The translations under genes were made by a program, and so were the position numbers. 64,000 nt of DNA. Origin: Candidatus Nomurabacteria bacterium. GTDB lineage: Bacteria > Patescibacteriota > Minisyncoccia > Phycocordibacterales > UBA9973. Of this stretch, positions 38,708 to 50,053 are shown one piece after another (positions within the stretch are counted from its first letter, which is position 1; each line of letters begins with the position of its first letter). Location: positions 51,141-115,140 of the forward strand of contig CALRHR010000001.1 in assembly GCA_943359485.1 (NCBI GenBank), in the 5' to 3' direction. Below the pieces are notes generated by a model. That model had not been told where the DNA came from and searched no databases. It was given only the letters and a program-made list of their open reading frames with translations.

Positions 38708-40000
38708 TTGTGGTATATTGACTATGAATTTATGAATCTAGACCTATCAAAAATTAACACTTCTAAAATACTCAGTGCAAGAAAAGTATTCTTCATAGGT
38801 ATCGGAGGGATTGGTATTTCGGCTATTGCGCGGATGATGCATTTGGAGGGCAAAGATATTTCTGGTTCGGATATGTCAGAAGGAGAACTTACACGTGAAT
38901 TGCAAGAACTTGGGATAAAGATAACTATCGGGCAGGGATTTGAACTCATACCTAAAGATACAGACCTCATCGTATATACCATCGCCATTCCGCATTATGA
39001 CCCAAAGCTCTTCGAGCAGATCAAGAACTCTGGAATAGAGATGCGGAGCTATCCACAGACCCTCGGCATTGTTACTGCTAATAAATTTACTATTGCTGTC
39101 GCCGGTACTCACGGCAAGACCACAACAACTGCGATGATTGCAAAGATTCTTGTAGACGCAGGACTAGATCCATCTGTTGTTGTCGGCTCCTTACTCAAAG
39201 ATTACAAATCTAATCTTATCGTAGGTCACAGCGAATACTTTGTCGTCGAGGCCTGCGAGTACGAACGTTCATTTTTAAATATTCATCCCAAGCTCTTGGT
39301 GATCACCAACATTGAGGCAGACCATCTCGACTATTACAAAGATTTGGAAGATATCCAGGGTGCATTTAAAGAGCTCGAGGGTCAGAGTGAGAATGTTATT
39401 AAAGACTACTCTAGGTATCTCGACAAGGTTCCGAAGCTTCTGGTTCCTGGGGTTCACAACCGCTTGGATGCGGCTGCATCTTTAGCTGTGGCGGATTTTC
39501 TCAAGATTGATCTCAAGGTTGCCCAAAATTCCCTCGAAACTTTCCAGGGCACTTGGCGCAGGCTCGAGAAAAAGGGTACAACATCCGAGGGAACTATTGT
39601 CTACGATGACTATGCCCACCACCCGACAGAAATCAAAGCAAGCTTGCAAGGGCTTCGAGAGCTTTACCCCAACAAAAATATTACAGTCTTGTTCCAACCC
39701 CACCTTTACAGCCGAACCAAGGCACTTTTTGATGATTTTGCTAAAAGTTTTAAAGGAGCGGATAGGATATTACTCCTTCCCATTTACTTTGCTCGTGAAG
39801 CTAAGGATGAAAGTATTTCAAGCGAGAAATTAGGGGAGGCTATCTCTAAAAATGGTGAAAATGCGCAGGCTTTTCCTGACTTTGAATCTGCTGAGAGGGT
39901 AGTTTCTTCCTTGAATCTAGGTAAAGATGACATATTTGTGACGATGGGAGCGGGGGAGGCGTACAAAGTTGCCGAGAAAGTTTTCAACACCCAAAATTAA
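38708..40000 (+). CDS. murC: UDP-N-acetylmuramate--L-alanine ligase
   Basis: Contains FIGIGGIGISAIA, IAVAGTHGKTTTT and DDYAHHP. Confidence 0.85.
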   Translation: MWYIDYEFMNLDLSKINTSKILSARKVFFIGIGGIGISAIARMMHLEGKDISGSDMSEGELTRELQELGIKITIGQGFELIPKDTDLIVYTIAIPHYDPKLFEQIKNSGIEMRSYPQTLGIVTANKFTIAVAGTHGKTTTTAMIAKILVDAGLDPSVVVGSLLKDYKSNLIVGHSEYFVVEACEYERSFLNIHPKLLVITNIEADHLDYYKDLEDIQGAFKELEGQSENVIKDYSRYLDKVPKLLVPGVHNRLDAAASLAVADFLKIDLKVAQNSLETFQGTWRRLEKKGTTSEGTIVYDDYAHHPTEIKASLQGLRELYPNKNITVLFQPHLYSRTKALFDDFAKSFKGADRILLLPIYFAREAKDESISSEKLGEAISKNGENAQAFPDFESAERVVSSLNLGKDDIFVTMGAGEAYKVAEKVFNTQN

Positions 40001-40241
40001 CCCATTTCTAGTAAGTTCTGTCAAGTAGATAATTCTAAAAAATCCTTATTTTATAAGGCTTTTTTGACTTGACAGAGCCATAAATCATGGTATAACTATT
40101 GACTTTTAAATCAAAGTATGCTACTATATCTGTATAACCTTATTTTATAGGTGCAAGCCTATTAAATAACGGTTTTTTTAGTTTTAGGGCAACTTAATAC
40201 TAAATATCAGTACTGGGTTTGGCGGAGCATAACCGCTATAT

Positions 40242-40910
40242 ATGAAAAATAAAAAATTAATACATTTCGTGGAATCGTTGATTCTCTTACCAATGATTAC
40301 CGTGTCGCAAGCACCTATGGGCCCTACCCAAACTGCTTTAAACACTGTATCTTTTCCCCAAATTGTATTATCACAAAAACTAAATAAGACTGCGGATTCT
40401 ATGAATTCCATCTTTGCTGTTGATAGCACAGAAAAAGATGCTAAAAATCTTAAGGCTTTGGAATTAGAGAATCTAAAAATCAAAGAAACTAAAGCAGGCC
40501 TGATCGATGCTTATTTCCAGAGACGCGATATGCCACTTTATGGCTATGGTATGAAGATGGTAGAAGAAGCCGACAAGAATGAAATCGATTGGCGTCTTTT
40601 ACCAGCGATTGCTGTTCGAGAATCCACAGGCGGGAAATTTGCTTGCAAGAAAGCTACTTGTAACTCTTTTGGGTGGGGTTCATGTAAAATTGGGTTTAAG
40701 TCGAATGACTTAGCCATCGAAACGGTAGCCAGGAATCTCGGGGGGAACAATCCAAAAACAGCGAACCATTACGATAAAAAGACTACTCTGCAGATTTTGC
40801 GTGCTTACAATCCGCCGTCCATCGTGCCTCTTTATGCTGAGCAAGTGATCTCCATCATGAATATAATCGGCCTTGAAGAGCCAACAGAAACCCCTGTTGT
40901 AGCTATATAA
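40242..40910 (+). CDS. secreted hypothetical protein
   Basis: Has an N-terminal signal-like hydrophobic segment and a mature region with several Cys residues. Confidence 0.45.
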   Translation: MKNKKLIHFVESLILLPMITVSQAPMGPTQTALNTVSFPQIVLSQKLNKTADSMNSIFAVDSTEKDAKNLKALELENLKIKETKAGLIDAYFQRRDMPLYGYGMKMVEEADKNEIDWRLLPAIAVRESTGGKFACKKATCNSFGWGSCKIGFKSNDLAIETVARNLGGNNPKTANHYDKKTTLQILRAYNPPSIVPLYAEQVISIMNIIGLEEPTETPVVAI

Positions 40911-40981
40911 TAAAAAACCTAAAATAAAAAATCTCTGTGAAAGGCTCCAGCTAGGCTGGAGGAATGTAGAGATTTTTTATT

Positions 40982-42172
40982 TTAGGTTTTTATGTTCCAC
41001 AAATCCCAAACATTTTTTGCTAAATTTATTTTCGGTCCTTCCATAGCAAAATAATGCAGGTCAATGAAGGGCAGGGAGTTACATTCAATAATTCCCCATC
41101 TTTGCGTATCTGGATCCTTGGTTGGATCTTCCATAATTAAATCAAAACCCGCCACTGGTGCTTCTACTATTTTACCAGCTTTTTGGAAAATTTTGTGAAT
41201 CCTTGGGTGTATTTCTGGGAGCATTTCTTTAGTATAGCTACCGTACATTCGGCCTGTCTTGGCTGAGAGGTTAATGGTTGTGCCAAGAGGTGGCACGGTT
41301 TCAATGGTCTGACCCTGCCTTTTTATAAAATTTAGTAAATCTTCGTTGATCAAAATCTCGGATAGTTTTTCGTGACGGTTGGCATTTTTATTTTCTATAT
41401 GTTCTCGGATAGTTTTTTTACCGTCCCCAGTGATTTGTGGCGGGTCTCCACGGAAAAATCCTACTAGCTCGCCATTAATGACGGTAGCTCTATAAATACT
41501 ACCATGGAGATGTTCCTGTATTACTACAGATGGAGTAATCTCCTTAGCTAAATTAAATGCATTTTTTAATTCTTCCTCGGTATTTATGTTAGTTGTAGTG
41601 TGTCGTCCTCGTGAGCCATGTCTTGGTTTGATGATTACCGGTTTGCATAGTTCATGGAAGGATCCTTTGGCAAACTTCCATAGGTAAGTTTTTTTTGTTT
41701 TTGGGACGGAAATGCTATTTTCATTTAGCATATTGAAAAGAATAAATTTGTCATCTAGCCATCTGTAGCCACCTTGATTCATCCATGGTGGGATTGGCAG
41801 ACTTTCGAAATAGAAAACTTTATTATTTATTTTTGCCTTATATAGCTCAATAGGCTTACCAAATATAACGACTTGGGACATGTGAATATCCCGCCTTATT
41901 GCTTCTTCCCAAATTAATTTCGAACGGCCAGTTAAGGCCTTTTCGACATCAAAGTTAAATCTGACTATTCCGATATAAGACATTCCCGTAAATAATATTT
42001 TCTCAACCAAAGACGCAAAATTTCGTCTTCTATTGGTCGAAGATAAATTAAAAATTTTAGTGTCAAACTGGTCAGTAACTTCATTCAAGAAGTTTCCAAT
42101 CAACAAGAGTTTGTGATTAATCGGGCTAGTTCCGCAAGCGCTACATTTATGGCGGGTATTGTCTTCTCTCAT
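40982..42172 (-). CDS. ATP-grasp domain ligase (RimK/cyanophycin-synthetase-like)
   Basis: Shows an ATP-grasp pattern (KPRHGSRGRHTT..., EHLHG, IIECNSLP). It sits next to the mur cluster. Confidence 0.5.
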   Translation of the reverse strand: MREDNTRHKCSACGTSPINHKLLLIGNFLNEVTDQFDTKIFNLSSTNRRRNFASLVEKILFTGMSYIGIVRFNFDVEKALTGRSKLIWEEAIRRDIHMSQVVIFGKPIELYKAKINNKVFYFESLPIPPWMNQGGYRWLDDKFILFNMLNENSISVPKTKKTYLWKFAKGSFHELCKPVIIKPRHGSRGRHTTTNINTEEELKNAFNLAKEITPSVVIQEHLHGSIYRATVINGELVGFFRGDPPQITGDGKKTIREHIENKNANRHEKLSEILINEDLLNFIKRQGQTIETVPPLGTTINLSAKTGRMYGSYTKEMLPEIHPRIHKIFQKAGKIVEAPVAGFDLIMEDPTKDPDTQRWGIIECNSLPFIDLHYFAMEGPKINLAKNVWDLWNIKT

Positions 42173-42339
42173 AATATCTTTTTAGTTTAAATTTAAAAAA
42201 GACAAACAAAAAACCAAGGAGAGAGTTTAAGTTTCCCTAAACTAACCACTTGGTTTTTGTAAAATCTTAGTGTCCTCCCAACATAGTATTTTTGTAATTA
42301 CAAAACACTACTAAATCGACCAGTACATTATACCACCTC

Positions 42340-43482
42340 CTATTCCAAATGCACAAGTGTCATCTTTTGATCCTTTGGTTCAAACAGGGTGATCTGGAAA
42401 TTATAGTTCTTCCCGAGCTCCAATTTCTCACGGAGCTTTGCCTCAGTTGGAAAGGTAGAGTTGTGTACTAGTCCAGCTACGCCTTCTTTTATAGACACCA
42501 GAGCACCATGCTTATTATATTTTATAACAACACCTTTTATAATATCACCCTTTTTTAGTTTACCCTCGAACTCTTTCCATGGGTTTTCTTTCAAAGCTTT
42601 TACTGAAAGAGAAACTTTTCCGTCTTTTATTTCGATGACTTTGGCGCGGGTTTTGTCGCCGACTTTAAATATATTGCGAGGGTCTTCCACTAACCCCCAA
42701 TCAAGCTCCGAGATGTGAACCAATCCTTCCAGACCATCTTCGAGCTTTAGGAATATTCCGAAGTCAACTATTCCTGCTACAGTACAGTCGAGTTCATCGC
42801 CAATACTATACTTGCTTAAAATTTCCTTCTTTTCTTCTGGGTTGTTGTTTTTCTCTGAGAAAATTAATTTACCTTCTTTTGGAAGTGTGGAAATGATCAT
42901 TACCTCTATGTAAGTGTTGACGAGCTTTTTCAATTCTTTTAATATTTTATCTTTATCCGAATCAAGCACGCGAGGGTAGTGTTCGGCCTTGAGCTGGGAA
43001 GCGGGTAGGAATCCCTGGATGCCTTGCCATTCTAAAATGAGTCCACCCTTGTTGGCATCTTTGACTTCCAGATTTAGTATCGTTTTTTCTTTGATTGCCT
43101 TTTCAGCTTCGTTCCAGGTCAATGCTTGTTTGGCTTCTTTCAGAGACAGTTCTACATACCCATCTTCGTTTTCTGTATCGACAATCTTTGCTTTAATTAT
43201 GTCGCCGATGCTGATTTTTTTGATTATGTCCCTAGCATTGATAAATTCTCGGCCGTAAATAATTCCCGTGCCGAAAGGTGAGAGGTCAACGAAAACAGAT
43301 GATTTTTCGACACTAATTACTGGACCTTCAACAAGGGCATCTACTTCTGGTTTACTTCCACTTCGGTCTAGAATGGATTTCAAAACTAAATTTTCCTCAC
43401 CTGCATCAGCTATACCTGAAGCATTGCGGGCAGGTTCTACTATTTCTTTGTCTTTTGTCATATAAATTAAAAAATCCGCCAA
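42340..43482 (-). CDS. rpsA: 30S ribosomal protein S1 (short four-domain form)
   Basis: Repeated S1 OB-fold domains (GDIIKGVVIKYNKHGALVSI, GDKTRAKVIEIKDGKVSLSVKAL). Confidence 0.85.
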   Translation of the reverse strand: MADFLIYMTKDKEIVEPARNASGIADAGEENLVLKSILDRSGSKPEVDALVEGPVISVEKSSVFVDLSPFGTGIIYGREFINARDIIKKISIGDIIKAKIVDTENEDGYVELSLKEAKQALTWNEAEKAIKEKTILNLEVKDANKGGLILEWQGIQGFLPASQLKAEHYPRVLDSDKDKILKELKKLVNTYIEVMIISTLPKEGKLIFSEKNNNPEEKKEILSKYSIGDELDCTVAGIVDFGIFLKLEDGLEGLVHISELDWGLVEDPRNIFKVGDKTRAKVIEIKDGKVSLSVKALKENPWKEFEGKLKKGDIIKGVVIKYNKHGALVSIKEGVAGLVHNSTFPTEAKLREKLELGKNYNFQITLFEPKDQKMTLVHLE

Positions 43483-43602
43483 ACAAAAATTTTGAAGCGG
43501 ATATAAGGTCTAGGTTCTTAAGACAAAAGGTCAAAAGGGTTACCCTAAATCCTGCTATTAATTACTTTGAGTCTATCAAAAAACCTGCTATAATGCAAAT
43601 CG

Positions 43603-44229
43603 ATGATAATAACATATTTCGGTAAACAGTTTTTTAAGATCCAGAAAGGAGAGATGGCTCTGGCCTTTAATCCTGTCAGCAAAAATTCCAAATCAGGCAT
43701 TTCGGCGCATTTTGGAGCAGACATTGCTCTTGTGACCACGAACCATCCGGATTATAACGGTATAGATCAATTAAGCCATGGTGAGAGAGTGCCCTTTGCA
43801 GTGACTGGTCCGGGTGATTACGAAGTTGAAGAAATTTTTATAAAAGGGGTGATGTCGGAGGCCACCCTGGCAGGCAAAAAATATATTAATACAATTTATT
43901 CTCTCTCTGTAGACAATATCAAGATTGTATTTTTGGGGGCTCTTTCGAATGCCGAACTTGGGAAGGAGGCGCATGAAGTTATCGGTAATCCTGACATTCT
44001 TTTTATTCCGGTTGGAGGCAGTGACTTGCTTGATGCAAAAACTGGAGCTAAACTGGCACTATCATTCGAGCCGAAACTCATTATTCCTATGGACTACGAT
44101 AGTGTTTCCCTTAAAGCATTTTTAAAGGAAATAGGAGAAGAGGCATCCGAAGTATCCGAGAAATTGACTCTTAAGTTAAAAGATTTAGAAGGTAAAGAAG
44201 GTGAGGTAGTCGTTTTATCAGCAATATAA
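43603..44229 (+). CDS. MBL-fold metal-dependent hydrolase (UPF0173-like)
   Basis: Shows the ITYFG...F pattern and a conserved His/Asp distribution. Confidence 0.55.
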   Translation: MIITYFGKQFFKIQKGEMALAFNPVSKNSKSGISAHFGADIALVTTNHPDYNGIDQLSHGERVPFAVTGPGDYEVEEIFIKGVMSEATLAGKKYINTIYSLSVDNIKIVFLGALSNAELGKEAHEVIGNPDILFIPVGGSDLLDAKTGAKLALSFEPKLIIPMDYDSVSLKAFLKEIGEEASEVSEKLTLKLKDLEGKEGEVVVLSAI

Positions 44230-44262
44230 TCAGATAGCGCTCCAAGTGCTACTTGTAAAAAT

Positions 44263-44517
44263 ATGCGAAAAATTATTCACAATTTAAGACAACAGCCAGA
44301 AGAAGTAAGGAGGAATATTTTACATATCCTGACCATTGTCTGTGGAGTCATTCTTTTATCTTTTTGGGTTTATTCCTTGGGGACAAATTTAGGAAGTGAA
44401 GATACGCAAGCAAAAATAGAGAATGGTTTAAAGCCACTGTCTGCGCTTAGGGGTAACATTATTGGTGGGTACAACAGTATTTCAAATCCAGATCCAGATT
44501 TAACTTTACCGGAATAG
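44263..44517 (+). CDS. small membrane protein
   Basis: A single TM helix (ILHILTIVCGVILLSFWVY). Confidence 0.4.
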   Translation: MRKIIHNLRQQPEEVRRNILHILTIVCGVILLSFWVYSLGTNLGSEDTQAKIENGLKPLSALRGNIIGGYNSISNPDPDLTLPE

Positions 44518-44551
44518 TAAAATATGTCAGAGTAATTTATTTTAATTTAAA

Positions 44552-47011
44552 ATGGCGAAAAAAATTTTAGAATCAAACCAAGAAAAAGCACGAGACACAG
44601 TTTTACCTGTTGATGTTGTGACTGAAATGAAAGAGTCCTATTTGGCTTATGCCATGTCGGTCATTACTTCGCGTGCCCTACCGGATGTACGAGATGGGTT
44701 AAAACCTGTGCATCGTCGCATACTTTTTGCTATGCATGAAATGGGGCTGACCGCTTCCGCTAGGTTTAGGAAATCTGCGGCAGTAGTCGGAGATGTGCTC
44801 GGAAAATATCACCCACACGGGGATGTGGCAGTTTATGATTCGATGGTGGGCATGGCCCAAGAATTTTCTTATCGTTACCCATTTATTTTAGGACAGGGAA
44901 ACTTTGGATCCATAGATGGGGACAACGCTGCGGCAATGCGTTATACCGAAGCCAAGATGTCCAAAATTTCGAGTGAACTTCTGCGAGATTTAGAAAAAGA
45001 AACAGTAGACTTTCGTCCGAACTATGACCAGACCCGCAAAGAGCCGATAGTTTTTCCTTCGAGTGTGCCAGCGTTATTATTAAATGGTACTCTTGGTATC
45101 GCTGTTGGTATGGCGACTAATATTCCACCTCATAATTTAGGAGAAGTACTAGACGGAGCGTTGGCCTTGATCGAAAACGAAGATGCCACAACCGAAGACT
45201 TGATGCAGTTCATCAAGGGCCCTGATTTTCCAACCGGTGGAATTGCTTATGGGTCTAAAGACATGCTACACGCATATTCATCTGGTCGCGGAGGGGTGGT
45301 TTGTCGAGGTGAGGCAGAAATTACAGAAGATAAAAATGGCAATCCGCAAATCGTTATTACTTCGATTCCTTTCCGGGTAAACAAATCTAACTTGATCATG
45401 GCGATAGCGGAGTTAGTGCAAGAAAAAAAATTGGAAGGTATCAAAGGTCTGCGAGATGAATCCACCAAAGATATCAGAGTCGTTATTGATTTAAAGAACA
45501 ATGCTCATCCGGAAAAAGTTTTAAATTATATTTATAAAAATACTCAACTTGAATCCAACTTCAATTTTAATATTGTTGCCTTGGTGGATGGTGTTCCACA
45601 GACCCTTTCACTCAAGTCAATTTTGACCGAATTTATTTCTCATCGAAAGGAAGTGGTAAAGAGGCGGAGTATTTATGATCTACGCCGTGCCGAGGAGCGT
45701 GAGCATATTCTGCTTGGTTTAAAAAAGGCGTTGGATAAAATAGATCGAGTCATCACAATCATTCGTGGTTCAAAAGATTCACACATTGCTAAAGTTAATT
45801 TAATAAAAGAATTCAAATTTTCCGACTTGCAGGCGATCGCGATTTTGGAAATGAAACTTTCCAAGCTCGCCGGACTGGAGAGAAAAGCCGTGGAAGACGA
45901 ACTAAAAGAAAAACAGAAATTTATTGCCGAGATGAAAGAAATTTTGGCCAGTACAAAAAGAGTTTTGAAAATAATTTCCGATGAATTAAAAGAAATTCGT
46001 GAGAAGTATGCTGATGAACGCCGCACCAAGATAGTCAAAGGTGGGGTTAAAGAAATTTCTGATGAAGACCTAGTTCCAGAAAAAGAAACCATGCTTGTAC
46101 TCACCGCTGGTGGATATGTAAAGTGTACAGATCCTTCTGAATATCATGCCCAAAAGCGTGGTGGGGTTGGCGTAATTGATTTAGAAACCAAAGAAGAGGA
46201 TTTTGTTACTAAACTTGTCTCAGGTTCGACGCACGATGATATGCTTTTTTTCACAAATCTGGGTAAAGTTTATCAAATTAAAATGTATGATATCCCAGAG
46301 GGTAGGAGAGCTACAAAAGGTAAGTCCATTATGAATTTCTTAGCTCTTTCTGCCGAAGAAAAAGTGAGCTCAATATTGGCAATGCCGAAAGATAAAGGTC
46401 TAACCACCACCTCTCTAATGCTTGTAACAAAAAATGGTATAGCTAAAAAAATGTCTTCAGGTGGTTTCAAAGATGTGCGTCGTAGTGGTATTATAGCCAT
46501 TCGTTTAGATAAAGGAGATGAATTAATTTCTGCGCTTTTAACAGAAAAAGGTGATGAAGTGATTTTAGCAACTACAGAAGGACAATCTATTAGATTTAAA
46601 GAGTCCGATGTGCGTGAGATGGGTCGCACTGCAGGTGGCGTCACAGGTATAAAAATGAAAAAAGATGATGAAGTTATCAGTGTTGATGTTATTAAAAAAG
46701 ATCAAAAAGACGGAACCTTCCTAGTAATGAGCGCCAACGGTTTTGGTAAAAAAACTAATTTAAAAGAATATAAAGTTCAGCGTCGTAGTGGTTCAGGCAT
46801 AAAAACAGCCAAAGTTACAGCTAAAACCGGTAAACTCATCGTCGCTAAGGTTTTAACCGGCAATGAATTAGAATTGATAGCCATGTCAAAAAAGGGGCAG
46901 GTTATTCGCACACCCCTAAAAGACATTTCATCTTCAGGCCGTCAAACTCAAGGAGTAACCATCATGCGTCTCCGTCCTGGAGATGGCATAGCGTCACTTA
47001 CCTGTATTTAA
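44552..47011 (+). CDS. gyrA: DNA gyrase subunit A
   Basis: Contains the [11 protein letters not shown] signature and active-site Tyr region, followed by C-terminal beta-pinwheel repeats. Confidence 0.95.
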   Translation: MAKKILESNQEKARDTVLPVDVVTEMKESYLAYAMSVITSRALPDVRDGLKPVHRRILFAMHEMGLTASARFRKSAAVVGDVLGKYHPHGDVAVYDSMVGMAQEFSYRYPFILGQGNFGSIDGDNAAAMRYTEAKMSKISSELLRDLEKETVDFRPNYDQTRKEPIVFPSSVPALLLNGTLGIAVGMATNIPPHNLGEVLDGALALIENEDATTEDLMQFIKGPDFPTGGIAYGSKDMLHAYSSGRGGVVCRGEAEITEDKNGNPQIVITSIPFRVNKSNLIMAIAELVQEKKLEGIKGLRDESTKDIRVVIDLKNNAHPEKVLNYIYKNTQLESNFNFNIVALVDGVPQTLSLKSILTEFISHRKEVVKRRSIYDLRRAEEREHILLGLKKALDKIDRVITIIRGSKDSHIAKVNLIKEFKFSDLQAIAILEMKLSKLAGLERKAVEDELKEKQKFIAEMKEILASTKRVLKIISDELKEIREKYADERRTKIVKGGVKEISDEDLVPEKETMLVLTAGGYVKCTDPSEYHAQKRGGVGVIDLETKEEDFVTKLVSGSTHDDMLFFTNLGKVYQIKMYDIPEGRRATKGKSIMNFLALSAEEKVSSILAMPKDKGLTTTSLMLVTKNGIAKKMSSGGFKDVRRSGIIAIRLDKGDELISALLTEKGDEVILATTEGQSIRFKESDVREMGRTAGGVTGIKMKKDDEVISVDVIKKDQKDGTFLVMSANGFGKKTNLKEYKVQRRSGSGIKTAKVTAKTGKLIVAKVLTGNELELIAMSKKGQVIRTPLKDISSSGRQTQGVTIMRLRPGDGIASLTCI

Positions 47012-47013
47012 CC

Positions 47014-47032
47014 TGTCAAAGGCGGGCTTTGA
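47014..47032. repeat. REP hairpin GTCAAAGGCGGGCTTTGAC
   Basis: Perfect 7-bp stem; identical copies lie at 47658 and 47738. Confidence 0.7.
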
Positions 47033-47642
47033 CATCAAAATTCAGTGTTTGCTCTATAAAGTTTTTAGTGTCTCCAAAAGTTTCCAGTAAGAATTCTTTA
47101 CTAACTATTGGCAAGTTTCGGTCTGATGCATAATCATTATAACTACCCCACTGATATTCTTTTGGATGTTTCACTAATCCATCTTTTACTGGATTCATGT
47201 GAATATAAGATGATGTCCACATCAGCTGAGGATCGCCTTTAATAAGTACTGCCTTAAATTTGTCTTGAAAAACATGCCCAACTTTTTTATATTTTTTATT
47301 AATGTATCTAGAATAACTAGTACAAAGTTTTAACATTAATTTTGAAATTGGCATGTCTACAATTTGTTCAATTAGAAAATGGAAGTGGTTTGGCATCAGA
47401 CAAAAAGCATACAAATTAAAAGCCCCTTTTTCCATTTTAGTTATCCTGATTCTAGAGTAGGGTAGGGCAGTTAATTTTTCTTTGTTTAATTCTTCTTCAG
47501 TAAATCCCAAAGACAGTCCCAGTCTAAAGAGGAAAGCTCTATAATCCTGCTCATCGAAAAATATCTTCTCCTTATTATTGCCACGATTATAGATGTGATA
47601 AATACCACCAGGAGCAAATTCTTTAAAGTCTCTATTATTCAT
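47016..47642 (-). mobile_element. IS200/IS605-like Y1 (HUH) transposase, REP-associated tyrosine transposase type
   Basis: Contains YHIYNRGN, the HUH motif MPNHFHFLI and a catalytic Tyr region. REP hairpins flank it on both sides. Confidence 0.8.
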
Positions 47643-47654
47643 ACTTGTAAGTAT

Positions 47655-47760
47655 ATGTCAAAGGCGGGCTTTGACAAGGGGAAGTTATCAACAGGGCATA
47701 TAAAATGTGTCAAAGTGTGCCAAGGGCGATGTGTCAAAGGCGGGCTTTGACACACAGTTT
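47655..47760. repeat. cluster of REP hairpins (two perfect GTCAAAGGCGGGCTTTGAC copies plus one degenerate copy)
   Basis: Perfect copies at 47658 and 47738; degenerate copy GTCAAAGTGTGCCAAGGGCGATGTGTC at about 47708. Confidence 0.7.
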
Positions 47761-47800
47761 TGAGCTTGTTTGCTTTTTTATAAAAGGTTATAATTAAACA

Positions 47801-48319
47801 ATGTTCTCCGATCCGGTAAAAAATTTAAAAGCTTTGGGGTTGCGGGAGACTGACATTGTGGCGGATTTGGGTGCCGGGACAGGATACTATGCTATTGCCG
47901 CAGGTCACATTGTGACCAAGGGGAAAGTTTATGCAGTTGAAATAGCGGAAGACTTCCTTCATACAATAAAAAATAAAACTAAAGAAGCACATCTCTCTAA
48001 TGTCGAAATTCTCTGGGGAGATGTTGAAAAGATAGGTGGCACAAAAATCGGTGACGGCATTGCTGATGCAGTTATTGCCTCAAATGTGCTTTTCCAAGTT
48101 GAGGATAAAGATGGATTTATTAATGAAACAAAACGAATTTTAAAGCCGAAAAGCAAAGTCTTGCTAGTAGACTGGTCTTCAGATTCTCCACTTATGGGGT
48201 TAAAACATTCCGTACATAAAGACAAAGCACGGGAGATGTTTGAAAAAAAGGGTTTTGTTTGGCAACGGGACATTGACGCTGGAGCGCATCACTATGGTAT
48301 GATATTAATCAAGAATTAA
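47801..48319 (+). CDS. class I SAM-dependent methyltransferase
   Basis: Contains motif I VADLGAGTGYYA. Confidence 0.7.
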   Translation: MFSDPVKNLKALGLRETDIVADLGAGTGYYAIAAGHIVTKGKVYAVEIAEDFLHTIKNKTKEAHLSNVEILWGDVEKIGGTKIGDGIADAVIASNVLFQVEDKDGFINETKRILKPKSKVLLVDWSSDSPLMGLKHSVHKDKAREMFEKKGFVWQRDIDAGAHHYGMILIKN

Positions 48320-48325
48320 TTTGCA

Positions 48326-49624
48326 ATGAAAAGCAATTTTCAAATTATAGTTTTAGTTGTCTTTATTGTATTTGCCATTTTCGGCGTTTTGGTTTTTTCT
48401 GGCACTATACCGATAGGTGACAATGGTGAGCCGGGGTCTTTGGGCACAGTTACTTTATGGGGGACAGTCAAAAGCGAGGCGATGATTCCTATTCTCGAAG
48501 AATTCAATCTTGCCAACCCGACTTTTATCTTAAAGTATGTTCAGAAATCTACAGATTCGTTCGACCAAGACCTACTTGAAGCTTTAGCTGAAGGTAGGGG
48601 TCCCGACATTGTTTTCATGACAGATGAATTAGCATTTCACTATAATAATAAAATTTTTACCATTCCATTTGCCAGTTATCCGCTCGCTTCATTCAAAAAT
48701 AATTTCGCTAGTGCTGGAGAAGTTTTTCTGACTTCAAAGGGTATTATGGCTTTTCCTATTTCTATTGATCCGCTTGTGTTGTATTACAATCGTAGTATTT
48801 TAGATGCAAATGGTGTGGTGTATCCCCCAGTCTATTGGGACGAAGTCTCTCTACTTATTCCCACTTTAACCAAAAAAGACGATAGCAACAGAATATCAAA
48901 AAGCACCATAGCGTTGGGGCATTTTTCAAATATAGCTCATGCCAAGGACATTATTTCCACTTTATTTATGCAGGCGGGTAGCTCCATTGTAGCCGAGAAA
49001 AGTGGCATTTTTAGCTCTAGCTTGGATGTACCAGGTAGGCAAGATAACCCTAGTGCAAGTTTGAAATTTTACACTGACTTTGCCGACCCAAACAGCGAGT
49101 CGTATTCCTGGAATAAATCTTTTTCAAACTCCAGAGACAGCTTTTCCAAAGGGGACTTGGCATTTTATATTGGTTACGCGAGCGAGCTTTCATCGCTCAT
49201 AAATAAAAATCCGAATCAAAATTTCGGAGTGGCACCACTTCCACAAAAACGAAATGCTAATTTTAAATTAACCGGAGCTCACATTACTGGTGTTTCTCTT
49301 TTGTCATCTTCCAAGAACTTTTCTACCGCCCTTACTGCGGCGAGTCTCATAGCTACGAGCAACTTCGCTTCCAAATTTGCCACGATTTTTGGGGTAGCCC
49401 CAGCCCGCCGGGATCTGCTTGCCGTCAAAAAGGCGGATGATAGCTTTATGCCGACGGTGTACAATTCCGCGCTCTTCGGAAAGAGCTGGCTCGATCCTTC
49501 CCCCAAAGATACAGATGTTATCTTCCGCCTTATGGTCGATGGAGTTCTTTCCAACAGTATAACTCCGGACAATGCCGTATCCGATGCAGATAGCAGACTT
49601 AACATTTTATTGCTTCAGCCATAG
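48326..49624 (+). CDS. extracellular solute-binding protein (ABC transporter family 1-like), membrane-anchored
   Basis: Has an N-terminal TM/signal segment and resembles a periplasmic binding protein over its length. Confidence 0.5.
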   Translation: MKSNFQIIVLVVFIVFAIFGVLVFSGTIPIGDNGEPGSLGTVTLWGTVKSEAMIPILEEFNLANPTFILKYVQKSTDSFDQDLLEALAEGRGPDIVFMTDELAFHYNNKIFTIPFASYPLASFKNNFASAGEVFLTSKGIMAFPISIDPLVLYYNRSILDANGVVYPPVYWDEVSLLIPTLTKKDDSNRISKSTIALGHFSNIAHAKDIISTLFMQAGSSIVAEKSGIFSSSLDVPGRQDNPSASLKFYTDFADPNSESYSWNKSFSNSRDSFSKGDLAFYIGYASELSSLINKNPNQNFGVAPLPQKRNANFKLTGAHITGVSLLSSSKNFSTALTAASLIATSNFASKFATIFGVAPARRDLLAVKKADDSFMPTVYNSALFGKSWLDPSPKDTDVIFRLMVDGVLSNSITPDNAVSDADSRLNILLLQP

Positions 49625-49654
49625 GCTGATCCGCCTTGGGCGGAAAAATCAATC

Positions 49655-50050
49655 ATGAAAAATATAAAAAAAATTCTCATAAATATCACGGCATTCCTGA
49701 TTGTATTTATGTTGCTTGTTACACCAGTATTGTCTTTTGCGTATAATATCAGGGATCCGATAGTGCCACCTTGTCCGGCGACTGGGTGTGGGTGGAATGA
49801 ATTTTTAATGCTTATAAACAATGTAATTTATTTTATTCTGTATGGTTTGGCTATGCCTATTGCTGCCATTATGTTTGCGTATGCCGGAGTTCTTCTCGTC
49901 CAAGCGCAAGGTGGGGAAGCCAAAACTAAAGCCAAAGAAATTTTCCTGAACGCTGTGTACGGCCTGGCCATAGCCGCCGCTGCCTGGCTGATAGTCAAAA
50001 CCTTACTCGCTGTGTTGGGTTACAAAGATGCCGCTTGGATTGGATTTTAG
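49655..50050 (+). CDS. small two-TM secreted/membrane protein, member of paralog array (pilin-like architecture)
   Basis: Signal peptide, a CPATGC pair, then helix, an AKTKAK loop and a second helix. Confidence 0.55.
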   Translation: MKNIKKILINITAFLIVFMLLVTPVLSFAYNIRDPIVPPCPATGCGWNEFLMLINNVIYFILYGLAMPIAAIMFAYAGVLLVQAQGGEAKTKAKEIFLNAVYGLAIAAAAWLIVKTLLAVLGYKDAAWIGF

Positions 50051-50053
50051 TGT

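Noticed and set aside
42330-42345. CCACCTCCT sequence as a displaced 16S 3' end (anti-SD)
   Set aside because: It is an isolated 9-mer inside the rpsA 3' flank with no rRNA context, so it is most likely a chance occurrence.
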